DNA of 63,628 bases, counting the filler, from Octopus bimaculoides (taxonomy: Eukaryota): NCBI RefSeq assembly GCF_001194135.2. It is 9 parts of 8 records of this genome, joined end to end, with 100 filler letters (N's around TTAATTAATTAA, not from the genome) between each part and the next. Parts side by side here need not be neighbours in the genome. Positions count along the whole stretch, not along the records: positions 22,750 to 27,483 come from NC_068982.1; positions 27,584 to 38,875 come from NC_069010.1; 7 more parts are not named here. One strand, written 5' to 3'. Positions 23,514-35,928 of the stretch are shown here, piece by piece. The position numbers and the translations under genes are program-made. The notes under the pieces are model-generated. The model was not told where the DNA came from, ran no database searches, and saw nothing but the letters and a program-made list of their open reading frames with translations. Each line of letters begins with the position of its first letter. Within the stretch, counting starts at the first letter, position 1.

Positions 23514-24310
23514 TATAGTGCTAATAATATAGCCTGAACAGGATAAACTACCCCTATTTTGCAGAGAAAAGTGTAGGTGGCTAGCTGTGAAGNNNNNNNN
23601 NNNNNNNNNNNNNNNNNNNNNNNNNNNNNNNNNNNNNNNNNNNNNNNNNNNNNNNNNNNNNNNNNNNNNNNNNNNNNNNNNNNNNNNNNNNNNNNNNNNN
23701 NNNNNNNNNNNNNNNNNNNNNNNNNNNNNNNNNNNNNNNNNNNNNNNNNNNNNNNNNNNNNNNNNNNNNNNNNNNNNNNNNNNNNNNNNNNNNNNNNNNN
23801 NNNNNNNNNNNNNNNNNNNNNNNNNNNNNNNNNNNNNNNNNNNNNNNNNNNNNNNNNNNNNNNNNNNNNNNNNNNNNNNNNNNNNNNNNNNNNNNNNNNN
23901 NNNNNNNNNNNNNNNNNNNNTATAGTGCTAATAATATAGCCTGAACAGGATAAACTACCCCTATTTTGCAGAGAAAAGTGTAGGTGGCTAGCTGTGGACA
24001 CGAACTCGCATCCCCGTGATTACATGTCACGATGCTTTGACCGATTAAGCTAAACTACCCACTACAAATTCTTCTGCAAATTTAAGATATATAAATCTCG
24101 CTTTATGAGGCGCTCTCATATGTTAAATTCAAATTACGACAAACGTAAATAAACAAACGAAGTTTGCTTTTAGAAGCGTTGAGATGTCTTTTAGAAAGTT
24201 AAAGAAGTGATTTTAAATTCTCAATCGCAGAATAATGCTAATAATATAGCCTGAACAGGATAAACTACCCCTATTTTGCAGAGAAAAGTGTAGGTGGCTA
24301 GCTGTGAAGA
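23514..24310 (+). repeat. Three direct copies of a ~75-bp unit (23514-23592, 23921-23996, 24233-24310)
   Basis: TGCTAATAATATAGCCTGAACAGGATAAACTACCCC..GGTGGCTAGCTGTG repeated; the first two copies flank a gap. Confidence 0.9.
23985..24059 (-). pseudogene. tRNA-Thr(UGU)-like pseudogene or SINE head
   Basis: D stem GCTT/AAGC, anticodon stem CGTGA/TCACG with loop CATGTAA, then GGGAT-GCGAG-TTCG. The 3' T-stem strand is broken and U33 is replaced. Confidence 0.5.
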
Positions 24311-24841
24311 ATGCACGGCTCACATAGTTGTTTTATGTGGCTCACTGAGAAACTACTTGCCGCACACTGAGATAAATATTGTAAAGCACATACATACTCC
24401 TTGCAGCACACCTAGGTACTGTATACAGCGAACCTAAAGACCTAGAAGAAGTAGAATATAAGGTTTTCTGCTAATGAACTTAAATTGTGATATGAAATCC
24501 CTTTAGACGTTTTTTTCACAACTTTATTGGCTTAACAAATATCATTTTCTTAACTCTCATTTGTTTTCACAGATACACTGATTATCCATACGCTTCCTAT
24601 TTTCTATAGTCTTTCGAACTTCTATATATTTCCCATCTTCCATACACTTTTGGTATCTTCTATACACTTCCTTTCCCATTCTCCTTCTATACGCTCCCAT
24701 CCTCTATTTACTTTCCAGCTTTTCTTTATTTCCCGTCTTCAATCCACTTCCCAACTTCTATACGAAGTACTTTCCATTTTCTATACTCTAACATACGCTT
24801 CTTGTCTACTCCCAACTTCTACACGCTTCCAAGCTTCCATA

Positions 24842-25636
24842 CTCTTTTACTCATTTACTTGTTTCAGTCATTTGACTGCGGCCATGCTAGAGCACCGCCT
24901 TTAGTCGAGCAAATCTACCCCCAGGACTTATTCTTTGGAAGCCTAGTACTTATTCTATCGGTCTGTTTTGCCGAACCGCTAAGTTACGGGGACGTAAACA
25001 CACCACCATGGGTAGTCAGGCGATGTTGGGGGGGGGGACAAACACAGACACGCAAACATATACACACACATACATACATANNNNNNNNNNNNNNNNNNNN
25101 NNNNNNNNNNNNNNNNNNNNNNNNNNNNNNNNNNNNNNNNNNNNNNNNNNNNNNNNNNNNNNNNNNNNNNNNNNNNNNNNNNNNNNNNNNNNNNNNNNNN
25201 NNNNNNNNNNNNNNNNNNNNNNNNNNNNNNNNNNNNNNNNNNNNNNNNNNNNNNNNNNNNNNNNNNNNNNNNNNNNNNNNNNNNNNNNNNNNNNNNNNNN
25301 NNNNNNNNNNNNNNNNNNNNNNNNNNNNNNNNNNNNNNNNNNNNNNNNNNNNNNNNNNNNNNNNNNNNNNNNNNNNNNNNNNNNNNNNNNNNNNNNNNNN
25401 NNNNNNNNNNNNNNNNNNNNNNNNNNNNNNNNNNNNNNNNNNNNNNNNNNNNTATATATATATATATATATACGACGGGCTTCTTTCAGTTTCCGTCTAC
25501 CAAATCCACTCACAAGGCTTTGGTCGGCCCGAAGCTACAGTAGAAGACACTTGCCCAAGGTGCCACGCAGTGGGAATGAACCCGGAACCATGTGGTTGGT
25601 AAGTAAGCAACTTACCACACAGCCACTCCTACGCCT
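24842..25636 (-). mobile_element. SINE family A spanning an N gap
   Basis: Head at 25480-25636; tail GGCGGTGCTCTAGCATGGCCGCAGTCAAATGACTGAAACAAGTAAA at 24842-24900. Confidence 0.85.
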
Positions 25637-26719
25637 CTATTCACTTCTTATCTTCCATACATAATCTAGCTTGTGTACACTTTCAGATTCATATACAGAG
25701 ACTATCTTCTAAACACTACGAATTTAATAAACTCCGATCCTCCATACACTTGCCAACTTCTATACACTTCTCATCCTCTCAGAACCAATACACTTCCCAT
25801 CTTCAATACACTTAACCATGCTCTATACACTTCTCAACACATATGCACTACTAGTCACCAATCCATTTCCCATCACTTATAAACTTACTAACTTCTATAC
25901 ATTTTCCAACATATACACACTTCCCAATACTTATACTTCCGTCACTGAAATTGCTGGCCTTGTGCCAAAATTTGAACCCAATATCTATCCACTTCCAAGC
26001 TTCAACACACCTCTCAACCCCCACATACTTGCCAACACCTCCACATTTCCCATCCCCCTATACACTCCCTAATTCCTAACCTTGTCATTTAACCATTTCT
26101 GACATAACTGACGCCAAATGTATATTTCTTCAAATCTTTTTCACGTACATTTTCTTCTTTCTTTTTCTTTTTCCTGATTATTTTTCATCGATTTTCAAAA
26201 ATAAATCCTTGCTTGTTATCTTTATTTAGTTTTCTTTTATATTTCATTTTATTTGTTTTTTGTTTCTCTACTCTTTTCTGTCTGTCTTTCTTTCTTCTTA
26301 TTTTTCATACATTCTCTTTTTTTTTTATTCTAGCTTTCTAAATCTCCCACCACCACCGCCACCACCACCTTCACTTTCCCCAATGTTCGTGTTTTTACTA
26401 CTGTCACTATTTTACTGTCATTTCGTTTCTCAAGTTAAGAATTATATACATACTTACACACATGTACATATATACATAAGTATATATAAACTCACACACA
26501 AAAGTGTATGTGTGTGTATATATATGTATATGCAAGTATATATATATACACACTCACACACACATATGAATCTCTCTCTCTCAATANNNNNNNNNNNNNN
26601 NNNNNNNNNNNNNNNNNNNNNNNNNNNNNNNNNNNNNNNNNNNNNNNNNNNNNNNNNNNNNNNNNNNNNNNNNNNNNNNNNNNNNNNNNNNNNNNNNNNN
26701 NNNNNNNNNNNNNNNNNNN

Positions 26720-26750
<31 letters not shown>

Positions 26751-27052
26751 AGAGAGCGAGAGAAAGAGAGAGAGAGAATGGGCGGAAACGTCAAGATAAA
26801 TATAAGTATATGTGTATGAATAATTGGATTAAGTTTGTGTGTGTATGTATGTTATACACAAATACACATAGTTGTATATACAAATATATAGACATTAAAT
26901 ACACGCACACTCCCTCGCTCAAATACTGACGCATATACTCACATAGGAATAGATGCGTATATTTCTGCGGATTCATCCTGCTTTCTTGGTGTGCGAGCAT
27001 GTGTGTGTGACATACATGTATATATAGTAATATATAGACACATGTCAAACTT

Positions 27053-27053
27053 A

Positions 27054-27093
<40 letters not shown>

Positions 27094-27111
27094 GTCTGTC
27101 TGTCTGTCTGC

Positions 27112-27156
<45 letters not shown>

Positions 27157-27166
27157 GATCTATCTA

Positions 27167-27223
<57 letters not shown>

Positions 27224-27226
27224 CTA

Positions 27227-27290
<64 letters not shown>

Positions 27291-27337
27291 AATATTTCTG
27301 TCTGTCTGTCTGTCAATTCATTTATCTCTCTATATAT

Positions 27338-27383
<46 letters not shown>

Positions 27384-27398
27384 GTATGTGTATGTCTG

Positions 27399-27465
<67 letters not shown>
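27053..27465. repeat. Compound (TCTA)n/(TCTG)n/(TG)n microsatellite, representative of many (TA, CA, TACA, TAGA, AG, CAT) tracts in the window
   Basis: Seen directly in the sequence. Confidence 0.97.
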
Positions 27466-28489
27466 TTTTCCACATCACATACCNNNNNNNNNNNNNNNNN
27501 NNNNNNNNNNNNNNNNNNNNNNNNNNNTTAATTAATTAANNNNNNNNNNNNNNNNNNNNNNNNNNNNNNNNNNNNNNNNNNNNTGGCAACGATCTCGCTC
27601 GAAAACCCTACATACATAACTATGTACATCCATACATACATACAAGTATCCATCCATCCATACATACATACATACATACATCATCATCATCATCATCATC
27701 ATCGTCGTTTAACGTCCGCTTTCCATGCTAGCATGGGTTGGACGGTTTGACTGAGGACTGGTGAAACCGGATGGCAACACCAGGCTCCAATCTAATTTGG
27801 CAGAGTTTCTACAGCTGGATGCCCTTCCTAACGCCAACCACTCAGGGAGTGTAGTGGGTGCTTTTACGTGTCACCCGCACGAAAACGACCACGCTCGAAA
27901 TGGTGTCTTTTATGTGCCACCCGCACAAGAGCTAGCCCAGGGGCACTGGCAACGATCTCGCTCGAAAACCCTACATACATAACTATGTACATCCATACAT
28001 ACATACAAGTATCCATCCATCCATACATACATACATACATACATAACTATGTACATCCATGCATACACAAAGACATCCATTCATCCATACATACATAAAG
28101 ACATACATACATACATTGTATCATCTTACACATTGTTTTAATGTCTTCTTCTTGCTTGCATGCATCAGACACAGATCCATTGAAGCAGATTTTTCTACGG
28201 CCAGATGTGCCGCCTGATGCCAACTCTTGCCCGTTTCCAAGCAAGGTAATAATCTGCCAGTCTTCCAAGCAATGAAACAGGATGGACATAATCATGACCG
28301 TCTTTTCGTTTACATAAGCCTGGACGTGCTTTCGTGATTGCCTGCCAGTATGAGATAGCACCTGTGTCTAATAGCTAGGCTGCTGTTTTGTTTACAGACA
28401 CTAAATTAAAAGAAAAAAACAAGGAGAAAATCAATCACATGCACACACACACAGATATACACACACTTATATATACACAAACACTTATA

Positions 28490-28526
<37 letters not shown>

Positions 28527-28528
<2 letters not shown>

Positions 28529-29779
28529 TCATCATCATCGTTTAACGTCCGCTTTCCATGCTAGTATGGGTTGGACGATTTGACTGAGGACTGGTGCAAC
28601 CGGATGGCAACACCAGGCTCCAATCTGATTTGGCAGAGTTTCTACAGCTGGATGCCCTTCCTAACGCCAACCACTCAGAGAGTGTAGTGGGTGCTTTTAC
28701 GTGTCACCGGCACGAAGGCCAGTCAGGCGGTACTGGCAACATNNNNNNNNNNNNNNNNNNNNNNNNNNNNNNNNNNNNNNNNNNNNNNNNNNNNNNNNNN
28801 NNNNNNNNNNNNNNNNNNNNNNNNNNNNNNNNNNNNNNNNNNNNNNNNNNNNNNNNNNNNNNNNNNNNNNNNNNNNNNNNNNNNNNNNNNNNNNNNNNNN
28901 NNNNNNNNNNNNNNNNNNNNNNNNNNNNNNNNNNNNNNNNNNNNNNNNNNNNNNNNNNNNNNNNNNNNNNNNNNNNNNNNNNNNNNNNNNNNNNNNNNNN
29001 NNNNNNNNNNNNNNNNNNNNNNNNNNNNNNNNNNNNNNNNNNNNNNNNNNNNNNNNNNNNNNNNNNNNNNNNNNNNNNNNNNNNNNNNNNNNNNNNNNNN
29101 NNNNNNNNNNNNNNNNNNNNNNNNNNNNNNNNNNNNNNNNNNNNNNNNNNNNNNNNNNNNNNNNNNNNNNNNNNNNNNNNNNNNNNNNNNNNNNNNNNNN
29201 NNNNNNNNNNNNNNNNNNNNNNNNNNNNNNNNNNNNNNNNNNNNNNNNNNNNNNNNNNNNNNNNNNNNNNNNNNNNNNNNNNNNNNNNNNNNNNNNNNNN
29301 NNNNNNNNNNNNNNNNNNNNNNNNNNNNNNNNNNNNNNNNNNNNNNNNNNNNNNNNNNNNNNNNNNNNNNNNNNNNNNNNNNNNNNNNNNNNNNNNNNNN
29401 NNNNNNNNNNNNNNNNNNNNNNNNNNNNNNNNNNNNNNNNNNNNNNNNNNNNNNNNNNNNNNNNNNNNNNNNNNNNNNNNNNNNNNNNNNNNNNNNNNNN
29501 NNNNGCTTTTACATGCCACCGGCACGAAGGCCAGTCAGGCGGGACTGGCAACATATCATCATCATCATCATCATCATCGTTTAACGTCCGCTTTCCATGC
29601 TAGTATGGGTTGGACGATTTGACTGAGGACTGGTGCAACCGGATGGCAACACCAGGCTCCAATCTGATTTGGCAGAGTTTCTACAGCTGGATGCCCTTCC
29701 TAACGCCAACCACTCAGAGAGTGTAGTGGGTGCTTTTACGTGTCACCGGCACGAAGGCCAGTCAGGCGGTACTGGCAAC
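28527..29779 (-). repeat. Head-to-tail copies of an identically truncated RTE-type 3' fragment around a 762-N gap
   Basis: All copies end at the same ..ACTGGCAAC|AT junction (about 28740, 29552 and 29779). Confidence 0.8.
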
Positions 29780-29829
29780 ATATATTTATATAATATAGTA
29801 CATTATATATATATATGTATATACATATA

Positions 29830-31258
29830 CAGGAGTTGGACAAAATAATGGAAGCATCATAGCATCATGATTTTGAAATATATATAAAACTGTCAAAATA
29901 TATAAATAAAACCATCAAAATATATATAAAACCGTTTATTTTTGTTTTTTGATTAGTTGTTAGTGTTGCTTAATATGTTTTGCTAAAATTGATGCTGCTT
30001 TTTGGATATCATCAGAAAAAGGTAATTAAAATTCATTAAACTGAGAGATCTAACGGACTTTCAAAGAGGTCAAATTGTTGGTGCTCGTATGGCAGGTGCT
30101 AGCGTAACGAAAACAGCCAAAATGTTTGGTGTATCAAGAATTACTGTTTCGTAAGTGATGACAGTCTTTGAGAAAGAGGGGAAAAAACCTCCTCATCGAA
30201 ACAAAACTCTGGAAGAAAACCAAAATTTCAGATAAGAACTGTCGGACTCTTACGCGAATTGTTTAAAAGGATCGCAAAAGTACAGCTCCCAAAATTACTG
30301 CAGAGCTTAATGACCACCTCGAGAATCCAGTTTGCACAAAAACTGTTCTGCAATCAGAAAACCACTACTTTCACAAACAAACATTGCAAAGCATTTAGAG
30401 TGGAGTAAAAACCTACAGAATTGGTCCCTGGAACAATGGAAGAATGCTATTTTCTCAGACAAGTCATTCTTTACTTTATTTCCAACCACTGGTCGAGTAT
30501 ATGTGCGGAGACATCCAAAAGAAGCATTTGACCCAGACTGCCTTCTTCCAAGTGTTAAACACGGAGGAGGATGTGTGATGATCTGGGGTGGGGGGCTATA
30601 TCTTGGAAATCNNNNNNNNNNNNNNNNNNNNNNNNNNNNNNNNNNNNNNNNNNNNNNNNNNNNNNNNNNNNNNNNNNNNNNNNNNNNNNNNNNNNNNNNN
30701 NNNNNNNNNNNNNNNNNNNNNNNNNNNNNNNNNNNNNNNNNNNNNNNNNNNNNNNNNNNNNNNNNNNNNNNNNNNNNNNNNNNNNNNNNNNNNNNNNNNN
30801 NNNNNNNNNNNNNNNNNNNNNNNNNNNNNNNNNNNNNNNNNNNNNNNNNNNNNNNNNNNNNNNNNNNNNNNNNNNNNNNNNNNNNNNNNNNNNNNNNNNN
30901 NNNNNNNNNNNNNNNNNNNNNNNNNNNTTTATCTGATCAAATTCATCCTACGCTTACGGGACTGTTTCCGGAGGGAAACACAATCTTCCAGGATGATAAT
31001 GCACTAATTCACACAGCTAAAGTTGTTAGTGAATGGCAGGAAGAACATTCTGGTGAAGTTGCACATCTTACCTGGCCACCAAAGCCCCCAGATCTCAATA
31101 TTATTGAACATCTATGATGCATTTTAGAAACACAAGTAATGAATCGACATCCTCCACCATCATCACTACAAGAACTGGAGACTGTTTTAGCTGAAGAAGG
31201 GACAAAAATTCCTTTGGAAACAATTCAAACTTCGTACAAGTCCATACCCTGAAACCTC
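29830..31258 (+). mobile_element. Tc1 (DD34E) transposon, decayed, left TIR visible
   Basis: TA|CAGGAGTTGGACAAAATAATGGAA; DFQRGQIVGARMAGASVTKTA, IFSDKSFF, FQDDNALIH, WPPKPPDLNIIEHL. Confidence 0.92.
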
Positions 31259-31594
31259 CCGTGGTCACTTTACCTGCTAGAAATAGCAACCTAAATGCTT
31301 TTAAATCAGATCCTAATGTTGAATGTTCAAGAACCAAATGAAGGGCAGATTTTCAATCCTGGGATCATACTGATTCCAAAAAAGTTTTGTATGTTTATGT
31401 AGAGCAAATGTTGACTGAGATACAGGGGTCCCGGACAGACAGAATTTCACTTTTATAAATATAGAAGGTTAATTCTTATAACAAGTTTCATATAAAGAGT
31501 AAATAAATAACTAACTATTGAGACATAAAGTATCTGAACTTCTTTTAAGCATAACATAGAATTCTTTAGCTTTTATTCTTTAGTTATCCAGTGA

Positions 31595-32387
31595 CATCAT
31601 CATCATCATCATCATCATCGTTTAACGTCCGCTTTCCATGCTAGCATGGGTTGGACGATTTGACTGAGGACTGGTGAAACCGGATGGCAACACCAGGCTC
31701 CAGTCTGATTTGGCAGAGTTTCTACAGCTGGATGCCCTTCCTAATGCCAACCACTCAGAGAGTGTAGTGGGTGCTTTTACGTGTCACCCGCACGAAAACG
31801 GCCACGCTCGAAATGGTGTCTTTTATGTGCCACTCGCACAAGCCAGTCCAGGGGCACTGGCAACGATCTCGCTCGAAAATCCTATAGGAGCCAGTCAGGC
31901 GGTACTGGCAACGGCCACGCTCAAAATGGTGCATCTCATGTGCCACCCGCACANNNNNNNNNNNNNNNNNNNNNNNNNNNNNNNNNNNNNNNNNNNNNNN
32001 NNNNNNNNNNNNNNNNNNNNNNNNNNNNNNNNNNNNNNNNNNNNNNNNNNNNNNNNNNNNNNNNNNNNNNNNNNNNNNNNNNNNNNNNNNNNNNNNNNNN
32101 NNNNNNNNNNNNNNNNNNNNNNNNNNNNNNNNNNNNNNNNNNNNNNNNNNNNNNNNNNNNNNNNNNNNGCCCAATGTACGAAGGTCTTGCCTCACCACCT
32201 CAGCCCAGGTCTTCCTGGGCCTACCTCTTCCACGGGTTCCCTCAACTGTTAGGGTGTGGCACTTTTTCACGCAGCTATCCTCCTCCATTCTCACCACATG
32301 TCCATACCAGCGCAATCGTCTCTCTTGCACGCCACAACTGATGCTTCTAATGTTCAGCTTTTCTCTCAAGATACTTACACTCTGACA
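31595..32387 (-). mobile_element. RTE LINE 3' end: ORF2 C-terminus, gap, then repetitive 3' region with (ATG)n tail
   Basis: VQERRLRWYGHVVRMEEDSCVKKC..EGTRGRGRPRKTW at 32369-32169; 3' region at 31595-31953. Confidence 0.85.
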
Positions 32388-32768
32388 AAAACAGTCTTTT
32401 TTAGGTTATCATTTCTATGTTATTTTTCTATGTAGATTTCTAATTGTCATAACGTAGAATTCAAATGTTTGTTTTCCTATTTCTTATTTTGATTTCATCA
32501 GTCGCTGACGTCACCAATATTTGAATGACATTTTTCTTAAATGCATTTACTTTTTATTTTATTTTTATTTTTATTTTTATTTTTATAAAACAATTAATGA
32601 TCCAATGATGTCACCATTGGATGAATGACGGAATATCTTAAGTTGAATTCGATTTAGGCGTTTCTTTTTGTTACCATTTAGTAACCGCTAATTTTTTGAG
32701 ATGTTCTGTTGGAATTTCACTAATTTTGCATAACCTTGATAAGGGGACATAAAATCTCAATTGGTTAA

Positions 32769-33720
32769 GGTCCAGCAACTGACAAGCAAATCTGTGCTAT
32801 TATTGAGCAGAATATTTGCTATAACGATATTTCTGCTTCAGCAACTCAGTGCTGAATCTGTGTGAAATGTAATGGGAAATAGGTCAGTTTCAAAACATTG
32901 ATGTCCAGGTCATAAAAGCAATGTTTGAGGAGAATACTAGTCATTTCCTTTGATTTCTAAATAGAAGCAAATAGTATGAAAAATGGCTAATATTTCCTTC
33001 AAACTTTGCTTTTGTCACATTTATTCAAACCCCAAGGAATCCCTCGCAACACAAGGGTATAATGTTCCCCACCAAATATTGTCAGCCATTAAGGGACATA
33101 CTGGAGTGGCTAAGGTCCAGCAACTGACAAGCAAATCTGTGCTATTGAGCAGAATATTTGCTATAACGATATTTCTGCTTCAGCAACTCAGTACTGAATC
33201 TGTGTGAAATGTAATGGAAAATAGGTCAGTTTCAAAACATTGATGTCAAGGTCATAAAAGCAAATATGAAATAACAGTTACTGACCAAAGACAACAAGCA
33301 AATCTGTGGTATTGGTCAGAATATTTACTATAATGATATTTCTGCTTCAGCAACTCAGTGCCGAATCTGTGTGAAATGTAATAGAAAATAGGTCAGTTTC
33401 AAAACATTGATGTCAAGGTCAGAAAAACTATATTTCAAGGGAATGGTAGTGATTTCCTTTGATTTCTAGATAGGAGCAAATAGGAAATAGCACTTACTGA
33501 CCAATGACAAATCTGTGGTATTGAGCAGAATATTTGCTATAATGATATTTCTGCTTCAGCAACTCAGTGCTGAATCTGTGTGAAATGTAATGGAAAATAG
33601 GTCAGTTTCAAAACATTGATGTCAAGGTCACACACAAAAAAAAAAAACAAAGTTTGAAGGGAATAGCAGTGATTCCCTTTGATTTCTAAATAGAAGCAAA
33701 TTGTAAATAACACTTACTCA
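32769..33720 (+). repeat. Four irregularly spaced tandem copies of a ~170-210-bp unit
   Basis: CAAATCTGTG..GCAGAATATTTGCTATAACGATATTTCTGCTTCAGCAACTCAGT..GGTCAGTTTCAAAACATTGATGTC at about 32788, 33132, 33298 and 33508. Confidence 0.9.
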
Positions 33721-34114
33721 CCAAAGATAGACAAAAGAAAATGAAACGAAAATATTGTTACACAATATAATACAAGAAAAAAACTGATTTGCAATCACCA
33801 GACTGTTTATATGGTGCTATGCAAAGCTTGCCACCAACTCATCTATTGATTGTAAAAACAAAAATGATATAAATATTTGTTTAAACAACAACAACAACAA
33901 CAAACACAGTAATGACATCAATAGCAATCATTTTAATCATAATAACAAACAATATGTCAATACTTTGGCTGTGATACGCACACCTGTTGTTATAGACATC
34001 ACACCTGTCCAGGTGTGTCATCTATAACATCACTTACCTGTATTAAACACGGACTGTCATCCCCCACCTCCTTCCAAGCCCTGAACCAATTTCTAATGTA
34101 GGCACAAGTAACTA

Positions 34115-34760
34115 ATTTTGTTTTTGAAAGCCTGGTACTTATTTTCTCGATCGTTTTTACCGAATGATTAAGCTATGGGGACATAAACACACCAACATCG
34201 GTTGTCGAAAGGTGGTGTTTGACATTGTTGTTGTTGGCACTCCGTTGCTTACGATGTTCAAGTTGATCCGATCAACGGAACAGCCTGCTCGTGAGATTAA
34301 CGTGCAAGTGGCTGAGCACTCCACAGACACGTGTACCCTTAACGTAGTTCTCGGGGGATATTCAGCGTGACACAGAGTGTGACAAGGCTGACCCTTTGAA
34401 TTACAGGCACAACAGAAACAGGAAGTAAGAGTGAGAGAAAGTTGTGGTGGAAGAGTACAGCAGGGTTCGCCACCACCCCCTGCTGGAGCCTCGTGGAGCT
34501 TTAGGTGTTTTCGCTCAATAAACACTCACAACACCCGGTCTGGGAATCCACAGGTGTTTGACATATACAGACACAAAACCACACACACGCACAAGCACAT
34601 GCACTACAGGCTTCTTTCAGTTTCCATCTACTAAATTCACTCATGAGGCTTTAATTAGCCCAAGGCTACAGTAGAAGACACTTGCCCAAGGTGCCGTGCA
34701 GTGGGACTGAACCTGAAACCATGTGGTTGGGAAGCATGCTTCTTACCACACAGCCATACC
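34115..34760 (-). mobile_element. Nested SINEs: family C (34240-34548) inserted into family A
   Basis: Family A 3' part (34115-34215) and head (34610-34760) flank a family C body. Confidence 0.75.
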
Positions 34761-34912
34761 TCTGCTTATAAAATATCAGGCTGAGTAAAAAGTAAGCAAC
34801 GTTTTGAAACATGAAATTCATCTCAATATATTTCAACAATGCGCAAAATTTATTTATCAAATTAAGTACCATTACAATCAACACATGTTTGCCAATGAGT
34901 TACAAGTTTGTT

Positions 34913-35304
34913 GGATCCTTCTGAATTGACGGGCACCACTTGTTTTCTTAACGAAACACTTTCAAACTTGGGATACTGGCAGAATGCGTCATATAAAACA
35001 TCTTTTTCTCTTAGCCTCCTTAACAAAAATTTATATATTGCAAGTTATTTCATGTTACAGTTGTCGTATTTCTGTAATTTCAATCAATCACTGACGTAAT
35101 TGTTTTCAACTCAATAGACGTCAGTGATTGGTTGAAATTACCGAAATACGACAATTTTTTACATGAAATAACTTCGAATACAAAAATTTTTATCTGTTCT
35201 ATAGCACAAAATATACAAGTATTCGAAGTTTGAAAGTGTTTCGGTACCAAAAACACTACATAGAACATAAATGAAAAGTGGTGCCCGTCAAATCAGAAGG
35301 ATCC
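34913..35304. mobile_element. Foldback MITE (~390 bp)
   Basis: TIRs GGATCCTTCTGAATTGACGGGCACCACT / AGTGGTGCCCGTCAAATCAGAAGGATCC, plus internal inverted arms. Confidence 0.9.
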
Positions 35305-35696
35305 GAAGATGCTTGCCCGAGGTGCCACGCAGAACAATGTGGTTGGGAAGCAAACTTGTTACCACACAGCCACTCCTGCGCCTTTTTCTATTAATATTTC
35401 ATAATTATATACTTTCGTTAAAGAAATATCCACATTAGGGCATTAAAATACAGTTAGACTGTAGCAAACAGTCTTCACACAGTATGCTTGACTGGGGGGA
35501 TTGGTTTGGCTAGACTAAGTACAGGTGTTCTATGTTTGCTATGAAAAAAAAAAAGATTTTCATAATTTCATGTCCAACTAAAATAAGACACAAAATTTTG
35601 GATCCCACACCCCAACCCAATTCTCCCGGTGGGGCGTGTGCTCCATGTTGGAAATCACTACTAGAATATCGCCGACATCCAACACAGAGAAATTTC

Positions 35697-35928
35697 GGAT
35701 CTTTCTGATTTGACGGGCAGTAATTGTTTCCGCCTCAGTAGACGTCAGTGATTGGTTGAAATTACCGAAATACGACAATTTTTTACATGAAATAACTTCG
35801 AATACAAAAATTTTTATCTGTTCTATAACACAAAATATACAAGAAAAAGAAGTTTGAAAGTGTTTCGGTACTAAAAACACTACATAGAACATAAATGAAA
35901 AGTGGTGCCCATCAATTCAGAAGGATCC
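35697..35928. mobile_element. Internal-deletion derivative of the 34913-35304 MITE
   Basis: The left TIR is fused directly to the central loop; the right half is retained. Confidence 0.85.

Noticed and set aside
31191-31230. CTGAAGA-AGGGA..TCCTT..GAAAC
   Set aside because: Lies within Tc1 coding sequence; stems I and III do not form.
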